DNA from: Ylistrum balloti
Taxonomy: Eukaryota
Assembly: GCF_031769215.1 (NCBI RefSeq)
Contig: NW_026782092.1
Location: 558,001-622,000, forward strand
Length of the DNA: 64,000 nt
Direction of reading: 5' to 3'
The notes below the pieces were generated by a model. That model saw nothing but the letters and a program-made list of their open reading frames with translations, was not told the DNA's origin and did not search any database. Made by a program: the position numbers and the translations under genes. Positions within the stretch are counted from its first letter, which is position 1. Each line of letters starts with the position of its first letter. This document shows, piece by piece, positions 12,594-27,500 of this stretch.

Positions 12594-15500
12594 CTAATAC
12601 CTTTGTTGCTGCCTTTGATTTCGACGGCCTGAAAAATAAGAAAAAAAAATGTAAAAATATTTCACATGTTGAACACCAGCAACAGATGAATTCACACTAC
12701 AGTTAAATCAATACAACATAACTTTACTGGTTCCATAAACCAAACACAACATGCTTAACAATCATTAAATCAGATCGGTTGCAACATTTTCTTCTAAGAA
12801 AATTTATTCAGCTGTCTAAGGAACATGTTTTGCATTAAGTTTACAGACTTTGAGCAGACAACATAGCCAAGCATATCAACAAATATCCCACTAGACTATG
12901 TGATTAAGACTTATCAAAATACATGCCTTTGTCGTGTACAGCTTGTAAGTGAATTTTTGGGAATTAGATTAGACAAATTAGAGAAATATTATACTAGTGA
13001 GGATCACGTTTCTTCTAGTAGGTATTGCAATATATATGTTAGCCCTATGACAGGAGCATCATTCAACAAATACAGTAACACCAATGTTGTATCTGTTTGT
13101 TGGCTAATCCTAATAATACAGTCAAATACTTAGCATTAATGAATTAAGAATGTGTCACAGCATGGTATGTTGCATTAGCAATCAAAGTAAATCACTTTAA
13201 ATGGCTGTATCGAAGATGATGGTTTGAGAAAATCTATTGCTAAAACAGTTCAGAAAATTATAATAAATACTCATGTTGTCAGATGAAATGCAACTAGTCT
13301 TTATCAATACTTCTTCAGATTCAAATCATTATAAGAAAAGATTAGGGGTGATCAAGTGGCACAGTATTAACAAGCTTGCCATTCATCTATTCAAAGTAAG
13401 ACCCCTCACACACTTCAATCCAAGCCAATTGTTTTGCAATTGTTGTAAAATGGAGTTTAAAGAGAAGCAATAACATGCTTCTATGTTGCTAGTTGAGCAT
13501 GCCTGGCTTCAAAGTCAAATCCTATTAGAGATGATCTGGGTAATGATCATGTATACCAACCTTCCCAACTGTTCTGGTTCTGGTTGTTGTAGCCACCATA
13601 TTGTTTCCATCCTGGCTTGTTTTCCCCACCCCGGTTATCATTATAGCGGTTTTTGTTTTGCCAGTTCTTATTCTCTCCGTCATTGTAACGATTCTTATTT
13701 TGCCATCCTTTGTTGTCCCCACCACCTTCGTAACGTTTCTGAGGACCTTTGCCTTGCCAGCCACCCTGGTTCTGATTATTATTTTGATATCCGAACTGTT
13801 GGTCTGAAAAAACATCACAAATTTTAGTGTTAAATGTTTGTAACTCATGAGAAAAGTTGTATTGTCTGAAAAAGATAAGATATATTTACTACGATTTAGA
13901 ACCTATTTGCTCTTTCAAATACTTTCATTTGAAAGGAAAGCAATTCTGTAAGCAACAAACTGGACTAAGTTTACAATGAAATAAAAACAGGTGTGTGATA
14001 TCATTTAAGGACAATTGAACACTTTCAGGTTATCAAAAACACAACAGTATGTACTCATGTTAGAGAGAAATTATAATACCAAAACAAGTTAAAAGAAAAA
14101 AAAAACTGGAGCACTGTCTCCTCTCAGAAATTTTCACAAAGGTCCTACTTGTTCTTGAAATCTTAATAGATGACATTTTGAGATATCTTAAGCGACAAAA
14201 ATGAAGAGATACCACAGATTCATCAATCAGAATTGAAAATTATGAAAAAAGAGGGAAAAAAAGAAAAACGATTACCACGTACTAATTATTGTGAACATTT
14301 CAACCCGTAACAAAGTGCAAATGACACATTCCCCTAAGCTACTGGGGAAATGCTGCCAACTTTAAAGATTCTTATTCCATCACAAAATGTGCACATTATC
14401 AATAGCTGAATATTCTCTCACAGATTGAAAAAAAAAAAAAATAGATTCAGGGACAGGGAAGACCCCTAGTCTTTCCATCGAGCAAAGTGTATTTTGCTGC
14501 CTGGTGAGTGAAGTTCACATATTGACTTGCTCACCAGACAACCTTTAGGCTTATCCTTCTTCAATTCAAATGTCAATTTTCATATATTTATAATGACCTG
14601 ATCAATGCAGATGCACTGTGTAGTAATACACTAAAACCGAATCACCTGCTAAATGGAAATATGCCATAGAGCCATCATATTTCCTTTTCTGATGATATTG
14701 GAATAAACAAAACGAAAAGAATTTTGTATATATGTTTGAGTTTGTCTATAAAATGTAGGTATGGCAACAAAGAATAATTTTCATACAATAAAAGGTTGCT
14801 GAAGGAACTATGTTTCTTCTGTTGTTGTTATGGCAGTTACCATGACTATGCTACAAATTCTCCTTGCAGCATCACTACCACATACAAATGTAGTAAGTGC
14901 CGTACATGTGTATTGGTTCACCAATACATTTTAAGTAAATAATTATGTACCTGTAAATGTAAGGGAAAATTTTTATTTCTTCAACATTCACAAGGTCATA
15001 TCTGGAAACTTATGTTATTACGACCTAATGAATGTTGAAAATAGAAAAATCATTCCTTGAATTATGACGTCAACAGGACACAAAATAATCATAACACTAC
15101 CAGCCCACATCAAAGTCAAGCGGAACTTGATACTCTGGACACTGATCATCATCTACTAATTTAATAATGGATAAATAATTCTTTAGGATAGTGTAATTAA
15201 GGAGCAATAAAATTACATAAATCACAAATATATTAGAATCTGAGAAGTGTCCAGACTTATCAGGGTCCACTATACATATACTAGCAACATATATAACCAA
15301 ATTCTCCAAACCCAAAACCAAACCAGGCCATGGTAGGAAAAAGGTAGGCATTGCAACCAGATCCAACATCTTGAATATGTTGTTTCCTACAAACTTTAAT
15401 TTGATTTGCTCCTTTACAAACATTGCAGACGGAGGACACAGGCTGGGAAAAATCTTTTGACAGAACAAGGTGTAGAAGGATTGGAGATGGCAAGGGCAGA

Positions 15501-18500
15501 TAACTCACACCAAGTGAAGAAACTCACCACTCCAAGTTTAATTGCGAGTCAAATCATTTCTGTATTGAGAGAGTGTCAAGAGTTATGCTGCTAAAATATA
15601 TACACGAGACCTGTGTGCCTTGATGCTCACCTGAGTTATGATAAGTGATTTTGTTGATACTACCTTACATTATAATAATCTAATATCAATTCCTTGAGAA
15701 AAGTTGATTTTTTTTGTTCTCCTATTTCTTGTCTTTTTGTTTAGTGTTATACTATTAAACATCCATCAAACTACAATCATAATTTGAACAAAGTTGAATT
15801 TGATACCCTGCCAAAAAATAAACCTAAAAAGTGAGAATGGCTCATGTACAGAATATTTCATTACATCCCTCTCTAGAGGAATTAAAACTCAAAAATTCAC
15901 AAAATATTTCAGAGTACTTGAGGACCTATCATACAGGAAAGAATTTCACTGTATTTATCTAAAGCCCACAAATAATTTCCTTTCTTCAGTTTTGCAGAAT
16001 CGTCAATTCAAAAACATTGATTTAAATGTAGATCACAAATAAGCCTCGGTAAATCTTGTACTAAACTTTTACACTAGGGGAGGGGGCTCATTTGAGGATC
16101 CATATTGTATTTCATAAAATGAATGCCTTTATAAGACTTTTGAAATTTAAGCCAATTTGACCACTTTTGCTCATGACACTCGTCCTAAACTTTTAAAAAA
16201 TAGGTTCAGAGGTTCAGTGATATGAGGACGGACAAAAAGAGATCATGATAGATCCCAGGAGACTTCATCTCGAGTGACCTACAAAGGTAAAGCAGATTCA
16301 AGTTGTTTCCATTTCCAGAGAATTTTAGTTCTAAAGATACCGTAGGGTACACATTTAAACTTCTTTTGGGAAATGTCAGGTGTTATTCATTAAGATGTCA
16401 TGCAGTATGTAAAATATTGGGGAATTTTCCAGAAAACTCGCCTTGAACAGGAGCTACAGAACCACTTTTGATTGCTGAAATGTGGAGAAGTTCAAAACCA
16501 TATTTTTAATTAGTGTTGAAAAATTGTTTTGATAAATTGATTACATCTAGTGATAAATCTACCTTCATGCTGAGGGCAAGTATCATTACAGAATGAAACA
16601 ACTAACAGCTCGTATTCAACATAATTTCATCAGTGTTAACTTCAATCACTGTCATTTGTGTTAATATCCAATACCAGAAAATTTCATCCATCACATTTAT
16701 AAAATGATACATATAAGCAGAAACAGATTTAAACTTTTACCGATAACATTTCAAAAACAAATCACACTATTTCCTAACAACAGGATACATTTATAATCAT
16801 GATATCACACATAATGATATTTTTTAATTACAATGGAAGTTGTGAAGGGAATCAATATATAACTTCCTTGGTGACATTTTCTTCAAATTTGATACTTTTT
16901 TTTCCCCAAGAACACTGTTGAAGCTACAAAACTATATTAAAAAAACATTCTGACATATGAACAACATTTCCTATTAAGGCAACGAATTTATGATTACAAA
17001 AAATAATCAGACATGTGAAACAGGACAATTAGTTATATCAGGTATTTTTCTGAGGTCCTTTCGAGGGCCAATAATGGATCCCATTCCAATCTGAACTGGT
17101 CTTAATCTCTGAATTTCCCAAACATAGCTAACTCTTGAAAACTTGCTTCCTGAAAGGTTGCTTCCCTAAACAAGACAACTGCCTCATTCTACATCCATGG
17201 AAAAACCCCTTAGGATACAATATAGCAGTAAGGCATTGTAATCAGGAAATTATTGGACCGTCAACAACAGGTAAACTAAGATATAATATTGGAATTGTTG
17301 AAACCTAAAATCTAAGGATGTCTTTTTGCAGCAACACAGCAAAGAAGGAATACAGATCCATTTTCTATTGAGTACGTATAATGATAAAAAACAATGTAAT
17401 GAATATACCAGAAGCGAGTTCTTAAAAACTGATCTGAGTGATTTTTTGGATTAGCAATTTACTCCAATCGAAGCCTGGTTGTTATGTTGATAAGAATTTA
17501 ATATATATATCTTGATAAAAGTGGCTATGAAGGGAAGTTACTTGAATTTCTACAAATTCTCTGACACTTACTCTGTTTGCCAAAGAAGAGATTTCCCTGT
17601 TTGAGGTCCATAATCCTCTCATTGTTGTCAACAAGTGAGGAGACTTTCTCTGAGAGTTGGAGTGCCAGGGACTGGAGACGTGTTGGTTCTGTACGATGCA
17701 TCACAACTGTCTGTGTAGGCTCATCCAGGGAGGCCTGTAAATGAGGATTTATGCATGTAATAATATACTACAGATATCAAAAACTCAGTAAAATGGGTGG
17801 TCTGATGGCACAATTGTCACCCATTCACCTTTCACCTAGATGTCCAGGTGTTTCCCTGAACAGAAAAGAAAAGAGGTAACCTATCCGACCACACAGGTAT
17901 TTCCCCAGGTTCTTCAGTTTCTTCTGAAAGTAAGTCCCTAGTGTGCTTCCATCTCAGCCAACAAGAGTGATTGGTATTCATCATCTCCATGTCTATGCTG
18001 CTTTATTTTACAAATGTATGAATTCTGCCAAAAACTTGAACAGTGCCAAAATTCCCTACATAAAAAAAAGGATAACATGTGACATTTGACCCCTTGACCT
18101 TGACTGAAAACCACCTAAATCAAAACAGGAGTAGAACCTGATGGCGTGAATATGATTAAATCTGATCCAAGGTTAAAGTGATTACTTGGGCTATTATAAG
18201 AACAGTCATAATTCTCTCAACATTATCACATTTATATTCTCACTACTAACCATTAGTTCCTCGTTGAGGATCATTTTGCTGATGATGGAGTGAACAACAG
18301 AGCGTTCTAGCTCAAACATGTTGGCCAATGTGACAAGACTGAGAGAATCGTACACACTGCTGTACGTAAACAGGTAGGTACGCAGGCTTTCTTTTTGAAT
18401 CTTTGTGGTGATCATCTCCTGAACATTCAATGGCTTAAAGAACAGATCCCAAACCTACAACAAAGTTACTGTGGTGTTAACATATCTGGATAATTTCATG

Positions 18501-21500
18501 ACAATCACAACACAGACACAAGAAATTCTATTTTTTCACACTTCTACAATTTATATTGGTCAGGGCTAACTGAATTTAATCAAATTATCATAATTAACAA
18601 TAATAATAAACAAAAGAATTACAAACTTCGATAACGTGTTCTTTATTTCATTTACATTAACATTTTTTCATTATGCGAGTCTAAAAGATTATCCAAGTCA
18701 CACAAACCATCACAGGCTATGCGAAGATCCTACAAATATCACAAGCTAACAAGACAATGCTCTCAGCAGTATCTGACCTTAAATATCCCACACTCCTCGA
18801 CATACTTTCTCCCCTACCTTAGTGCTCATCTTCTCGTTGATGATGTAGTTTTTGCACTCTTTCCAATTACCAGTCTTCATTGCCTTGGAGGCAGCAACAA
18901 CATGCTCTCGCATACTCTCTGGTGGTCCTGTCAGTGTCTGTCGCTCACTCATCCGTAACACATGATGGAAATTCTTACTAATCATACGACGGCGTGCATC
19001 CATTTCATGAGCTGTTAACATGTTGACAACATAAAATAGAACTTATCTTCAAAGCGTTATCTACGTTATGCAAATGATTTGTATGAGAAAGAAAGAGTCA
19101 ACCTTTTAATTGTGGCATAATAAAGTAAATCTTACTAACATTTTTGTTCAAGGTGAAGGAGAAAACAATTTATTTAGTATTAATAATGCTATGTGTGTGA
19201 TATAATCAAACATCAACATCATCACCCTTTACAATCAATATCTGAACCATCCTTCTGATTCAACCCATGAACTTTTGACCTTGTCATCACCTTTCTGAAA
19301 CTGTCTGTCGATCTATACAGGTTGAGAATTAAAAGAAAAACCATTCGACCTTATAAGGCTTTGGCATACAAGCCATTGGGGAGATGCAATTAACTACTTT
19401 TAAAGTACAAATCTTGTTCTTAAAGCTTCTGTACATACCTGCCATGTATGGAATCTCCATAAGCATGGCGGACACCAAGTATACACACTCTAACTGTTCC
19501 AGGTTAATGTGCATGTGATAAGGTAATAGACGTCGCTTCTCAATCTTCTCCTGTTCGGGTGTTCTCTCATGTTGTCTTTGTAATAATAAACCCTAGAGAC
19601 AATAAAACCAAACAGTATAAAATAATACCCCATTTTTAAAAATGGAAATGAAGAATTGCCAAATGGTTGTTGTTACTACAGAACTTCAGGAATTTACATG
19701 ACACTTTTGTTTATTTTCCTTACCTGTGACAGTTGTCACATGACATAGCAAGAACTGGGGTATACATATTTACTTGGTAAGTTTTGAAATCCTATTCAAA
19801 CTAATATGAAATTAAGAGTTTTTGATGGAGGAGGGGGGAGGGGTTTCAAAAGTTTCCTGATAAAAAGGTCGAAGATGCTTCATATACCACTATCTTACTT
19901 TCAAGACACCAAAAATCTTGTCTTTGAGCACACAGGGCCCGCTTCATCAGTGATCAGAAGTAATGAAGTTTGACAGCATTTCAGAAAAAATTGATTGATA
20001 GAATCAACTAAACTGCCATCTTACTTGTGCCAGGAGCTCCTTGGCACGGCCTCCACTCTGGATATCGACTAGAGCATTATGGGCATCACGAGTCCTTCCT
20101 TGTCTAAAGGCACACAGACCAAGCTGTACCATAGTCCTGTTGTATAAAATCTGTGGAAGATCAAACGAAAATATGTTTAAATTCACTGGGGTTTAAGTTT
20201 TGCATTTGTGTTGATTGTGGCCAATTCAATGGGTCAAATTTTGTGATACTCCACCTTCAGAAAACATATCTTTACAAAGGTACAGAAGTATACATACTTA
20301 TAATATACTTTGTTTTTTTATCTATCAGAGATTTTGATTCATTGTGAACAATTTCTGCTGGACTTTGATTGAATGCTATCTCCAATGTCAGTGAATACTG
20401 GAAAATTCCATCTTCTGTGAATATGTCAAACTATACACATGATCAGCAATAATTAACTGGTTTTTAAATCAATTACCTTTTTCACTTTCAAAGCAATGAG
20501 GAAATCAGTAACTTCATAATTTGTTTTGTTTAAAGATGAATTATAGTATTTGTTTGCACTTATCACTTCTACTGTACATCTTCGTATAAGCTGTGTAAAA
20601 TAAGAAGCATTTGACCTAGAGCCCTTAGCTCAGAACTTCTCACAAACTATGCCAGCACCATAACTATCATGGGTTTAAGTGAATGACTTACAACAGGATC
20701 TTTTTACTTTCACATATGACCTCTAACCTCTTGATGTACAATAAAATTTTAACTTTGTCATGAAATGACTTCTGACCTGTGTTGGAACATCAGAGTGATG
20801 GATGTTGTCCTGGAGATGAGACATGAGCATGAGGTCGCGGGCCTCGTACCAGCGGTCATGAAGAGCGTGGTGGTATATCTGACACAGCATGGCTCGTGTC
20901 CTCAAACGATCAGTATTATCCTTGGCATAAATATATTTACAGAGGTCTCCCATTAGGATCTTACTTGTGTCCACTCCCTGTGAAGAAAAAGGGAAAGATT
21001 AGAATTTGTCGTCAAAAGTTCTCAACTCCGTGCAAATTTGTTTCACACTACAACACAAAAATTAGTACTACAAGTACAAGCAATACTTAATTGCCAACAT
21101 CGTATTTGTTTCACTAGAAAATTAATGAATAATTATAAAGAACCTGAATCAATATTACACTTTTACATCTGGCAATAAGTCCAAAGAAAGAACAGAGGAT
21201 GGGCTTATTACAGGCCAATGAACAACATTTGTTAGTCATTCTAAGGTTTAAGGATGGACTTATATACCAGGCATGGTCTTATTGTCAGACAAATCTGATG
21301 ACCTAGACTTTTGACAGAAGACCAGAGTGTCAATCCGAGAGCAAACATCTTCAAAGAATGAAGTTTGAATGCCATCAGTCTACAATCTGGTATCTAAATG
21401 TAATAATGTTACAAGACTAGTAGTATTTATAAAGGCAATAAAAATAAATGTTTAAGAGACACATCACATTATGTTGTGATATTCAAATAGAAACTCAGTA

Positions 21501-24500
21501 AGGTGAAACAAATTTCCAGTTCCTACTCTATTCACCATCATCATGAATCATATACTTACATCAAATCCTTCGTCAAAGATGGTACGATCAAACTGTAAAA
21601 TGAAGATTGAAAAGTTACACATAGTTCATATCTAATGAATAACATTTTGGATGATTGTGTGAACAAGCACGTATACATGTTTCTCTATTTTTCTATTCTC
21701 ATTACAACATTTATTTTCAACCAAAGAAAGTTGTGTTGAATATATTACTGTAATACAGATGAATGTTATTACTTGTTTTAAATCACACAATGAAGCCCTG
21801 TAAATAACTATGGAATAGACCATTATGGGTCTTAGGAAAGATGGACAGTCATCTCGTACAACCAAACAGTGATATATACTAGGCTGACTTCTGCCCCGTA
21901 AGTCTGAGTCTATAAACCACTGACCTGAGGTCAGATTTTCTTAGCCAGGAGACTTACCTTATAGTATGTATGTTCCACCCTGCGGAGGTAAATACGGCAT
22001 AACTCCGAAGACGTGGCTCGACATGGTTCCCCTGGTGCAGATCGGTACTCAAGATACTCTTGTAACTGCTCAAGGATGTCACACATGATTGATTCGTCCT
22101 TCAATCTACAAATAGAGTTGTCTTTTATCACATCCATCCAACACAAATCATTAAAGAATGGTACAAACAAGAGCCCATTAAAACACTAAAAAACACCACT
22201 GCTTTTCAATTCTGTGGTTGAAATATTGCGTATGTGGTACAGTACAAAATGAAAATAAAAAAAAATCACCAAATCCTAAAAACGACAAAACTTGAAACTA
22301 AAATACATATTTATATTCAACACCATCAGTATCCCTGGCCTGACCCTTGACCCCTGCCTGTTTTGGCCTAAACTTTGACCTATACCAGTCCAGAACTGAT
22401 CTTTGACTCCTACCTGTCAACATATTCTGTACTGTGAGCATCACAAGCCTGTAACATCTTGGTAAATTCTTCATCCAGCCTCTCCACTAAGGTCAGAATA
22501 CAGCCTCGCACGCGGTATGGTGAGACCTGTCAAAAATAACCACCCTAGATATTATATAATATACTGTGTTATTGACTACTTCAAAATAATCATTGCTTAG
22601 AAGTGCATGTATCAATTAAGTACAAATGGTTTGAAACAGATGTCAAATCAGTGACAAACAACTTTACTTAGATTACAATGGAATCACTTACTGTATATAA
22701 ATAGCTGTTGAGTTGACTAGACTTTTACAATTATAATATAAATCAAATCGTTTAAATTGTCCATTGTCATTTTTTGCCTATTATCAAATGCAACTTCTTG
22801 ATAAATTTATTTCATTCTTCACTCATTACTTAACAAAAGATTGATACAAACTGAGTATTTAAGTAAATATTGGACATTTTCCAAGATAAATTATATCTGA
22901 ATATCTTTACTAAAACACTAAAATAAGTTAATGAACAGATCACTCACATCCAGTATTTCACTCTCCTCCAAAATATTATCACCAATAGTGATGTCTCGAT
23001 TCTCAACTAAGACACCCAGTAATTTTTTGATGAAGGTAAGACACCTATAAAACAAAAAAACATGTTAAGGATATATGCTACTTTCCAAAAGTGGGCCACA
23101 TCATGTATATAACAAAACATCTGCAAATCTTCTATAAATGGTATGAATTTGGTATCAAAAAGCAAATTTAACACTCGACTAAAAGCAACAGATTTTAGGG
23201 GTAATGAAAAACAACTTAGACAAATAGTTCCACTGATACAGTATACTAAAGTAAACCTAGGGCTCCAAACTTAGAGGTTGTGTTATTCTTAATTCTGTAA
23301 AACAGCAGATAAAAATGGATAGGATTATATTTATTATCATACATGGGTTTATTGCCAAATAAAATTGGGAAAAGTGAATGTTAGTAGAATGTGTTAAAAT
23401 TTCAGTGTGATATACATACACTTCCCACATCTCTGTTCTCATACAGGTAGCAATATTAGGGTTGTAGTCATAAATGGCTGCCAGGATATGAAACATGATC
23501 TTTACGCTGATTGCTGGTCCTAGACTTTTACCATCAGCAATGGTCATTAGCTCCTTCAGCAACTCAATCTGTTCACTTCGGTCTGTTCCCTTTTTACCTC
23601 GGGCAGCAATGATTTCTGCCAGTTTTTTAACAACGGCCTCATGTGTGATATCTGCTTCCTTAGCGAACATAACAGTCTTTTCCTAAAACGAATCAAAATT
23701 GAAACAATAATGAATAATTTAAATTTAAATATAAACAATGGATGATTTAAAAAAAAGTTTTTTTTCCAAAAATTTTGTTAAGTTCTACAATAGCACTGTC
23801 TTTCACTTTTTTAAAAATTAACTCCCAAGTTTAGAAAACATTGGTTCTGGTAACTTATTCAAGATACAAGATATTAAGAAGTTTCAATACTTGTACTATT
23901 TAAAATCTTGACTTGAATATTTTGACAAAATAGCAAAGTAGAAAACATACAAAAAACTAAAACCTGATTCATATTTACTGTTTGACTATACATTTTGAAA
24001 TAAGTAGCTCCTTAAATTCACCTAAAATATCGTTATCTATCTGGTGGAACACAGAAATCAATGTTAGTGAATCAGAGTACTCTCTTCTTGACTGAAACTT
24101 GGGCTCAGCCAAACAAGAGTTGTTTATGCAGTAAGGTCAGATCTACTTATTTTATTTGCTTTCTGGTGAGCTTCAACTTAGCCTTTCAAGGCCTGTATTG
24201 ATATTTGAAGATCAATTTTGACTTATGCATAAAATGTTACATTTCAGGTGCAAATGAACTGATTTGTTGGCATAAACAAACAGACCCCAATGCTGGCACT
24301 GGACTTGACACATTTAAAACATATCACATCTGAGAAATTTCTCCTGTCAAATTTTCTCACTTAAAAGTTTATTTCATGGAGGGCAAAAAATTTACAGGTG
24401 TTTTCATATCTGTTTTCTTCACATCTTTAATTTAGGAAGCCTGGTTGGTGTATGTATGTGACAGAAGATCTCTGAAAAAATGTTTCAATTACAATTTTTT

Positions 24501-27500
24501 TTTAGGATAAACAAAAGAGAATTACAAGTATTTTGTCAAACACAGATACGAATAGAGATTCACAGAAGAGCATATCAACTGAACAACTGAGCAAAATTAA
24601 CATGGATACAACAAAGACATACCTTAACTGCAGAATAGGCGGGCTTCTTAACAGGTTGCCATTTGGGTCGAGATTCTTTCTTTGTCGCTCTGTCCTTCTT
24701 TCCTTCTTTCTTTGGACCTTCCTCTCCAGGTTTCCTAAAAAACAAATAAACTGTTTCTTGACACATCTAGTCTTGTAAACATTTCCAGTAAATTTCTGTT
24801 AAAAAAATATTCAAATCCTGTGTCTATTTATGTAAATTTAAACAATCTACTTTACAATGTCTTTCCTTTACAAGAAACCCTCATTAAAATACAAAAGAAC
24901 TACCAAACAATACACAGAGGACCTTACACTCACGTCCATGTACTAAGGAATTTATAACTATATTCCATGCGTTTACAAACCTTAAGCCAAGTAACTCATT
25001 ACATTATTTAACTCAGACAGTGAGTTGCTCATTACCAAGGCAATCATGCAACATCGTAAAGATTGAATTATTCATGATGTAACAATAGTGTTATTACATA
25101 GAAATGATGACAAGGTTTTATGACATGACACAACTAACAACTTAACAGCATAGACCTTGAACCCCCAACATAAATGTGGAAGGCTAGTGATAATGAGTCA
25201 AATGCCTTTACCATTTGGCCATCATGGCCCTCTTTATGTTTCACTTATAATCATCAAGAAGGGATGTAGAATGATGTTTTGTTTCAATAAGAGATTTATT
25301 CTTAACACTACAACTTGGTGATATTATATTGGAAATTTTGTCTCTTTCATAACCTGCAGTGGCTACAAAAATGATTTTGCATTGTATCATGCAAGTATAG
25401 GTATGAAAAAATACCAACTGAAAATAAAGTGCATTTCTTACTTTTTCAAGAACATAGCAAGAGTATAACCTCCAGGCCCCACTTCCATTTCATCATCTGA
25501 TGATGATGAGTCTGTTTCCGAAGAGCTCCAGTCACTAAGGTCATCATCGTCAATATCATCACCCTTCAAATACAGAACCAGAAGTACAATACCTTGAAAC
25601 AATTAAATCCCATAACAACCACTTTCACAAGAAGTCATTTACAATTTTGAGATTTGTTTTAAACATATATGACTAATAAAGATGTATATATCTACCAAGT
25701 CATGTCAACAGAAAATTCACATGATTTAAAACCACATTTGTTTCAAATTCAAATGTTTAAAGAATTTATTAAAAAAAAACCCAATCAACAGGACTGAAAA
25801 GCCTCTTTCATTATGCATAAATATACAAACCTCACACTGTATAAAGCCGAACATTTCATCTTAATTTGTATAAGTATACTGACTTTTTAATTGAAAGTAA
25901 GTGGGCATGCATTGACCAAAGTAAACTGTAAGAGACGGATTGATACACACATCTATTTTTCCCTGAAAAGTTGGCCATAAAAATGTGCAATTTCAGAAAA
26001 TAGCAGCTGAAAATCATAGACTGAAAAATTCCAATAATGGAGAAGTTAACTGATTTTGAAATGTACTGCTACACTTGGCGACAACTTTCCATCTGTTGAT
26101 AGCTAAGACAATAATAAAAAAGATTTGTTTGAAGGGGACTGACTACATCTGGTACAGAAACAACAGTGTAGCTAATTATCCTCCAGTTTACTGTCAGCAC
26201 AAATCTACAACCCTTCATCTAACAATAGAAAAAGGATATCTTATATCTGTGCCAGATCACTCTGCATTGGTAAGAGGGGGATTACAGACTTATCATTACA
26301 GGTATATTGCAATGTACATGTGTGTTTTTCAAAATACTGGTTCAAATATCAATTCAATTTTAAAATACAATGTACAAACAACATAATTAAACTGCTATGT
26401 ACATGTGTGTATCTCAAACTACTAGTTTAAATCTCAAACTACTAGTTTCAATTAATTTTAAAATACAATGTACAATTTATGTAATTATACCTCAATATAC
26501 AAAAAATATAATTATACCCTTGTGTATCTCAAAATACTTGCTTGATCTTCATTATAATTAAACCTATTTTATATTTCTGTAGTCATTTACCTATCAATAG
26601 GAACTTTACAGTACAAAGTATCACAACATTCCTAAATGTTAGGATTTTCCTTAAACTTAAAATATCCAAGAAGGAAATATCAAACTGTTCCAGTAAAAAT
26701 GTCCTTTACCCAGATATTTTCCTTCACACTAATAATACTTTCCTATGGACAAACTTTGGTCAGAGACTTTCTATATGTAACTTAAGGATTTTTAACTAAT
26801 TGGGCAAAAGATATTTAAGTAAGATTTTAAATGGAATACACACAAGATTTTCTTGAATACACTTAGCCTGAAAAATGGAAGTGAAGACAACTACAAAAAC
26901 TGTTTGAAGGGGACTGACTACATCTGGTACAGAAACAACAGTGTAGCTAATTATCCTCCAGTTTACTGTCAGCACAAATCTACAACCCTTTATCTAACAA
27001 CAGAGAAAGGATATCTTATATCTGTGCCAAATTACCCTGGTAACTTAAGGCCATTAGTACTAAACAACTTAGAGACAGTAAAGGTATACCCAGACCCCAA
27101 GAAACCTTCCCTCAAAAGTCCCTTCAACAGCATGTAAACAAGATTTTTTTTTCAAAACAACACAGGTCTGTTTATTTTTGTCCATATTGAATTTGAGAAA
27201 GATATGTTCACATTCCGAGTATTTCAATATCTACCAAATATGTACAAATTTGTAATGGAGAATCCTGTGTCATGTAGATTGTATTAAATCTTCACAATAT
27301 ATGTACAGAAAATATCAAATTGTACAACTAAAGATTTCCTTAACCATGATATTCTTTTCATTACACACAAAAATCTTTTCCTAAGGACAAACTTCAGCCA
27401 AGGACTTTTTCTAGGTAACTTTAGGATTGTTAACGGAGTTGGGCAAGAGAAACCTTAATGAAATTTTTAATGGAATATACAAAAGACTTTTGTAGTTACA

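Noticed and set aside
15533-15590. Exon-like segment (ttttag ... gtgagt) in eIF3c intron 20
   Set aside because: Stops in all three frames and adjacent to a dispersed-repeat-like motif. A poison exon cannot be supported from sequence alone.
17914-17984. Possible C/D snoRNA in eIF3c intron 19 (ATGATGA ... CTGA ... CTGA, 71 nt)
   Set aside because: No terminal stem, poor C' box, single copy, and no rRNA or snRNA complement that I could recognise.
26075-27137. ORFs 26075..26386 and 26853..27137 sharing the peptide [30 protein letters not shown]
   Set aside because: Antisense translations of the snoRNA copies. The third copy has a stop in that frame (tgt tag).
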